In this document: positions 26,284-30,477 of the stretch, one piece after another
How positions within the stretch are numbered: position 1 is the stretch's first letter
Layout: each line of letters starts with the position of its first letter
Assembly (NCBI GenBank): GCA_029933495.1
Contig: JAOZOC010000002.1
Coordinates: 1 to 30,477 of the forward strand
Direction: 5' to 3'
DNA: 30,477 nt
Source of the DNA: Bacteroidales bacterium
GTDB lineage: Bacteria; Bacteroidota; Bacteroidia; Bacteroidales; JAADJA01
The notes under the pieces: generated by a model
The model's database searches: none
What the model saw: only the letters and a program-made list of their open reading frames with translations
What the model was told of the DNA's origin: nothing
Translations under genes and position numbers: made by a program

Positions 26284-27039
26284 ATGAAACAATACGGCAT
26301 AATAGGTTATCCACTAGGACATTCGTTTTCAGGTAAATACTTTACTGAGAAGTTCAGAAGGGAAAATCTTGTTGATTGCAGATTTGAAAATTTCGAAATT
26401 GAAAATGAAAGCCGGTTCAAAAGCATTATTTCAGAAAACGTTGAATTAAAAGGGCTTAGTGTCACTATTCCCTACAAAAGGTCGATTATGAGTTTCCTGG
26501 ATTCGATTAATGCTGAAGCAAAAAAAATTGATGCTGTTAATTGCATTAAGATTGATAAAAAAGGTGAAAATAAAATCCTTACCGGATATAACACAGACAT
26601 TTACGGCTTTGAACACTCTTTTGCACCTCTTTTAAAACCTCATAACAAAAAAGCTTTAATACTTGGAAGCGGTGGTGCATCCAAGGCCGTTGTTTATGTC
26701 CTTGAAAAACTGAACATTGATTATCTGATAGTGACTCGTTCCCCACACGGCTGTAAGCATATTCGTTACGGTGTTTTACACGAAGAGATAATGAAGGAGC
26801 ATAACATCATAATTAACACAACCCCTCTTGGTATGTGTCCTGATGTTAACAGTTGTCCCGATATCCCTTATGAGTTTATTTCAAAAGATTCCCTTTTTTT
26901 CGACCTTGTGTATAATCCGGAAACTACTTTATTCTTAAAAAAGGGTTTAGAAGGTGGCGCCACAATTAAAAACGGACTTGAGATGCTTCATCTTCAGGCT
27001 GAGAAGGCCTGGGAAATTTGGAATAATCCTAACTCCTGA
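26284..27039 (+). CDS. aroE: Shikimate dehydrogenase
   Basis: GIIGYPLGHSFS, GLSVTIPYK, AVNCI, GYNTD, LGSGGASKAV, INTTPLGM, DLVYNP.ET.FL, NGLEML.LQAE.AW. Start at ATG 26284 (MKQYGII). Confidence 0.95.
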   Translation: MKQYGIIGYPLGHSFSGKYFTEKFRRENLVDCRFENFEIENESRFKSIISENVELKGLSVTIPYKRSIMSFLDSINAEAKKIDAVNCIKIDKKGENKILTGYNTDIYGFEHSFAPLLKPHNKKALILGSGGASKAVVYVLEKLNIDYLIVTRSPHGCKHIRYGVLHEEIMKEHNIIINTTPLGMCPDVNSCPDIPYEFISKDSLFFDLVYNPETTLFLKKGLEGGATIKNGLEMLHLQAEKAWEIWNNPNS

Positions 27040-27155
27040 TTTACAACTACATTCCAAATGATCTATTCAGATTAGTCACATTTATAATCAGCCGTATATT
27101 TCAATAAATCCCATAGATTCCATTTTAAAAAGTTACAAATTTCCAGTGGAATATG

Positions 27156-27163
27156 TATTTTTG
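27156..27163 (+). promoter_or_regulatory. Bacteroidota -7 element (TATTTTTG, followed by CAC) for the MTH1187 operon
   Basis: TAnnTTTG 80 nt upstream of the ATG at 27244. Confidence 0.65.
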
Positions 27164-27190
27164 CACAAAGCTTTTAAGTTATGAATGATA

Positions 27191-27240
27191 CATAACGCAT
27201 AACTCTTTAACGCATAACGCATAACTTTTTAACACATAAC
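27191..27240. repeat. Tandem 21-bp repeats built from CATAAC(G/A) heptamers in the 5' leader
   Basis: CATAACGCATAACTCTTTAAC (27191-27211) and CATAACGCATAACTTTTTAAC (27213-27233), plus ACATAAC. Confidence 0.9.
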
Positions 27241-27243
27241 ACT

Positions 27244-27555
27244 ATGTCCATTTTACTTGAATTTGCAATGTTCCCCACCGACAAAGGGGAAAGCGTAAGC
27301 AGCTACGTAAGCAGAATAATAAAAATGATAAGAGAAAGCGGAGTATCATATCAACTTACGCCTATGGGAACTATAATTGAGACTGAAACAGTGCAGGAAG
27401 CTCTTAATATCGTCATGAAATCATACGAACAACTGGAACCCGACTGCGACAGGATATATTCGGGACTGACCTTTGACATCCGTAAAGGTGAAGGTGGCCG
27501 GATATCTAAAAAGATTAAATCCATTGAATCAAAAATCGGAGAGGTTAATAAATAA
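27244..27555 (+). CDS. MTH1187/YkoF-like thiamine-binding protein family
   Basis: LEFAMFP......SVS.YV...I..I..SG..YQLTPMGTIIE.......L...........R.Y......R. Confidence 0.85.
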   Translation: MSILLEFAMFPTDKGESVSSYVSRIIKMIRESGVSYQLTPMGTIIETETVQEALNIVMKSYEQLEPDCDRIYSGLTFDIRKGEGGRISKKIKSIESKIGEVNK

Positions 27556-28556
27556 TGGATCAGGTCTCAGTAAATGATACTCAATGCAGAGATATTGGCC
27601 TGATATTAGAAAAGAACAGTATCAGACCTTCTTTTTACGATCGGGAATTTTTATCCTTCAAGGCTGACAGGGAAACAAAACTGCGTGTCTATCTATTTTC
27701 GGCAGCTATTTGTCATCAAACCTATTCTCTTGCCAGCACAGGAAAAAATCTTTACGGCTGGGATTTTATGGAGTACGGATTTCTTCAGATGGTAAAGACA
27801 GGTTCATTTCTGTTTGATAATCTGAACACTGTGGATTGCCGTGCTGAAAAGATACGGAAGCAACTTGCGGTCGTCTTTTCTGAAAATGGTGATTCAAAAA
27901 CCTGCACTCTCGACAATCTTGACGAACGCTCGGAGATGTTGGAGGAGATTTGCAATGTCGCAAAAACAAATTTTGAAGGCAGTATTTCCGGATTGCTCGA
28001 CCAAAGCGGAGGAAATCTTTATAACTCTGGCAAAGGCATCTATGAAATACTGGGGAAGTTTAAGGGTTTTAATGACCCTCTGAAAAAGAAGATTACTTTT
28101 TTTCTGAAACTGGCGACCGATGCCGGTGTTTTTAAAGTTAACGATCCGGCAAACGTAGTACCGATAATGGATTACCATATGCAAAGAGTCCTGATGCGAA
28201 TGGGTTGCGTTGAGATTAACGACAAACAGCTTCATTCGGATTTAATTTCCAGGAAACCGCTTGATTCCGATAGCATTATAAGGGAATCCTGTATTGAAGC
28301 AATTAAGACAATTGCAGAAGTATCAGGTCATGGCATCCTGAAAATGAATGATTTCTTCTGGCCGCTGGGCAGAAGTTGCTGCAACGAAAATCCTTTGTGT
28401 GTAAGCAATAGCTGCGAAAAGTCTCCTTGTACATTTTTCACCATGGTGGATTTAAAATCTCACGAAAGCTGCATTTTTGAGAAGGTCTGCAAAGGAAGTA
28501 CGGATGAGTATTACAGAAAGCTGTGGCAACCTGTTGTGGAGACAAATTTTTATTGA
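27555..28556 (+). CDS. Uncharacterised HhH-GPD-superfamily N-glycosylase-like protein with a Cys-rich Fe-S-type C-terminus
   Basis: F.DPLKKK..FFL, DYHMQRVLMRMG (EndoIII-like D.H..RV..R.G), D.FFWPLGR, then C-x6-C...C-x5-C. TAATG overlap with the upstream gene. Confidence 0.6.
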   Translation: MDQVSVNDTQCRDIGLILEKNSIRPSFYDREFLSFKADRETKLRVYLFSAAICHQTYSLASTGKNLYGWDFMEYGFLQMVKTGSFLFDNLNTVDCRAEKIRKQLAVVFSENGDSKTCTLDNLDERSEMLEEICNVAKTNFEGSISGLLDQSGGNLYNSGKGIYEILGKFKGFNDPLKKKITFFLKLATDAGVFKVNDPANVVPIMDYHMQRVLMRMGCVEINDKQLHSDLISRKPLDSDSIIRESCIEAIKTIAEVSGHGILKMNDFFWPLGRSCCNENPLCVSNSCEKSPCTFFTMVDLKSHESCIFEKVCKGSTDEYYRKLWQPVVETNFY

Positions 28557-28598
28557 TATTTAGATTTTTTATATCTTTACAACCAAATTGCAAGAATA

Positions 28599-28856
28599 AT
28601 GCCTGAAATATGTAGGTTTTACGGGATAAATATATTTATGTTTTTTAATGAACATAATCCACCTCATTTTCATGCGCAATATGGAGAATATAGAATAACG
28701 ATTAATATAAATGATGAAATAGTAAAAGGATTTATGCCAAAACGTGCACTTAAATTAATCTTTGAATGGATGGAATTGCATAAAATTGAATTACTTGACA
28801 ATTGGCAAACATTACAATCAGGAGGTATTCCGAAAAGTATTGAACCTTTAAAATAA
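28599..28856 (+). CDS. DUF4160 domain protein (putative toxin-antitoxin component)
   Basis: MPEI.RFYGI.I.MFFNEHNPPHFHA.YG.....I.I....G..P....LI.EW...H..EL..NW. Own promoter-like TATCTTTA at 28572-28579. Confidence 0.88.
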   Translation: MPEICRFYGINIFMFFNEHNPPHFHAQYGEYRITININDEIVKGFMPKRALKLIFEWMELHKIELLDNWQTLQSGGIPKSIEPLK

Positions 28857-28861
28857 AAGCA

Positions 28862-29131
28862 ATGGATTTAGTTTGGGTTACAAAAGCAAAATATATTTCA
28901 GATTATAAGATTGAGCTGACATTTAACAATGGTATAAACGGCTGTGTGGATTTAAAAGAAAAACTCACCCTACCTGTTTATGAACCGTTAAAGGATAAAA
29001 ACTATTTTAAAGATTTTCATTTGAATTCCTGGACAATAGAATGGAAAAACGGCGCCGATTTTGCCCCAGAATTTTTGTTTAGCCTAATAACCAAGCAACA
29101 GCACAGAGAAGCTGATAAAACACTGGTGTAA
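28862..29131 (+). CDS. DUF2442 domain protein (putative partner of DUF4160)
   Basis: V..AKY..DYKI.LTFNNG..G.VDL..........L.D...F..F.L..WTIEW.NGADFAPEFL. Confidence 0.88.
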   Translation: MDLVWVTKAKYISDYKIELTFNNGINGCVDLKEKLTLPVYEPLKDKNYFKDFHLNSWTIEWKNGADFAPEFLFSLITKQQHREADKTLV

Positions 29132-29186
29132 TTAGCAATTATTTGTTTGCTTTTTTTTCACAAACAAAATTTCGGGATTTCAAGTA

Positions 29187-30477
29187 ATGCATAAGAAACT
29201 TAACACAGACCGCCAGACACTCCAGGAACTGGAAATAATTCACTCTGATGACAGAAGGATGAGCGTATTCTCTATCCTAAATAAAACCGTCACTACAGGT
29301 GGAAAAGACAAGCTAAGAAAGATTTTTCTTAATCCTGAATATGATATTGAAACCATAAGAGAGAGGCAGGAAGCAGTCAACTACATAACATCAAACCCCA
29401 TTGGCTGGAAATTCCAGTTTCCAAAAAAATTAATGGACCAGCTTGAGTTTTACTACTTCCTTAATATCGATCCCGTTGTTAGCAAATATGATTTTGTCAA
29501 CTTCTTTGAAGGACTGCGATACTGGACACTTTACAACTCATATTATAAAACCTTCAGGGAGGGTGTTAAGAATGTTTTTAAATTTTTCAGAGTTTTGAAT
29601 TCCTTTTATTTCAGAAATAAATCGGACTCAATGCCTGCTCTTTTACAGAAAATTTTCATTGAAATGGAAAATGTGCTGAATATCGATTTTGTAAAAGAGA
29701 TACTCGGAAAAGGTGAGAAAGGAGGTCCTGATTTTATAGAAATTTTCTCAATGGACAGAGATTTCAGAAAGGAATTTAAAGAAGAGATGGCAATCATTAT
29801 TGATAAAGTTTATGAGCTGGATGTCTTGATTTCAATGGCAAAGGCAACGCAGGAATATAACCTCGTTTTCCCTGAATTTATTGAAAATGACAATGCTCAT
29901 GTCGAGATAAAAGCCCTGAGGCATCTCTTTGTAAAGGAGTGCAAGCCCAATGATTTTTTAATGAAGGACGGCAGCTTTTTTATGTTTCTAACAGGCCCTA
30001 ATATGGCCGGCAAAACAACTTATCTTAAAGCTGCCGGTGTTGCCCTGTTTCTTGCACATTTGGGATTCGGGGTTCCTGCAGAAAGCATGAAACTGACATC
30101 TTTTAATAACTTGTACAGCAGTATAAACACAACCGATAATCTTTACAAAGGCTACAGCTATTTTTACAGTGAGGTGCTAAGGGTTAAGGATGCGGCACTA
30201 TTGCTCAAAAAACACAATCGTTCATTTATGATATTTGATGAGCTTTTCAGAGGCACAAACGTTAAAGATGCTTTTGACGGTTCACTTCTCGTAATCAAAG
30301 GATTGCTTAACTGGCCGGGTTCTGTCTTCCTCTTGTCATCGCATCTGCTTGAGCTGGCAAAGGAAGTCTCTACATTAAAAGGTATTCAGTTTAACTATTT
30401 CGACTCTGATGTAATAAACGGAAAACCGAAATTTAACTTTGAACTAAAACCCGGAGTATCTGACGAACGTCTTGGAT
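29187..30477 (+). CDS. MutS-related protein (ATPase domain V, no mismatch-recognition domain); runs off the right edge
   Basis: Not in track. Open frame from ATG 29187: MHKKLNTDRQTLQELEII...LN.T.T.GG...L...F.NP; Walker A LTGPNMAGKTT; AHLGFGVPA; SYFYSEV.RVK; Walker B MIFDELFRGTN; LSSH; F.F.LKPGVS..RLG. Confidence 0.9.
   Translation, partial: MHKKLNTDRQTLQELEIIHSDDRRMSVFSILNKTVTTGGKDKLRKIFLNPEYDIETIRERQEAVNYITSNPIGWKFQFPKKLMDQLEFYYFLNIDPVVSKYDFVNFFEGLRYWTLYNSYYKTFREGVKNVFKFFRVLNSFYFRNKSDSMPALLQKIFIEMENVLNIDFVKEILGKGEKGGPDFIEIFSMDRDFRKEFKEEMAIIIDKVYELDVLISMAKATQEYNLVFPEFIENDNAHVEIKALRHLFVKECKPNDFLMKDGSFFMFLTGPNMAGKTTYLKAAGVALFLAHLGFGVPAESMKLTSFNNLYSSINTTDNLYKGYSYFYSEVLRVKDAALLLKKHNRSFMIFDELFRGTNVKDAFDGSLLVIKGLLNWPGSVFLLSSHLLELAKEVSTLKGIQFNYFDSDVINGKPKFNFELKPGVSDERLG

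Noticed and set aside
1424-27233. Short direct repeats (23 bp x2 at 1424/1462; 21 bp x2 at 27191/27213) as mini-CRISPR arrays
   Set aside because: Only two units each, spacers of 15 nt and 1 nt, and no cas genes.
27040-27243. Possible TPP riboswitch before the thiamine-binding-family gene
   Set aside because: No CUGAGA core or P1-P5 pairing visible; the leader is made of heptamer repeats.
961-29797. Many short antisense or alternate-frame ORFs in the track (e.g. 1943..2515, 8913..9233, 20505..20867, 22215..22565, 27894..28235, 29606..29797)
   Set aside because: They lie within well-supported genes on the other strand or frame and show no recognisable motifs; shadow ORFs.

Overview
AT-rich bacterial chromosome segment, almost certainly Bacteroidota (probably Bacteroidales-like). 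Support: TAnnTTTG -7 promoter boxes before most genes, A-rich starts without Shine-Dalgarno motifs, a T9SS C-terminal sorting domain and a type III glutamine synthetase. Left to right: (1) an L-fucose operon on the minus strand (GH29 fucosidase, mutarotase, cytoplasmic CBM9-like protein, partial fucP); (2) clpS-nfeD-floA, a terminator, then a hydrolase-degenerate RelA/SpoT homologue followed by an unknown protein with four S1/OB-like modules; (3) glnA (GSIII); (4) hddC-like, gmhB and a sodium:solute symporter; (5) a truncated secreted-protein gene, a C69 dipeptidase and a Ca/Na antiporter; (6) a 976-aa PKD/T9SS cargo; (7) a 131-bp MNT-HEPN toxin-antitoxin relic, absent from the ORF track, abutting an ATP-cone/PD-(D/E)XK nuclease gene and a hairpin-rich 0.5-kb spacer; (8) glmM divergent from TPR-comA-like-DUF368-aroE; (9) an MTH1187 thiamine-binding protein coupled to an unusual HhH-GPD-like Fe-S glycosylase; (10) a DUF4160/DUF2442 pair and a partial MutS-domain-V gene, also absent from the track. 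I saw no rRNA, tRNA, CRISPR array, transposase or integrase. Best novelty candidates: the MTH1187 + Fe-S glycosylase pair, the RelA + 4xOB pair, and the MNT-HEPN scar/ATP-cone nuclease site. All family calls are motif recognition by eye; no database searches were run.
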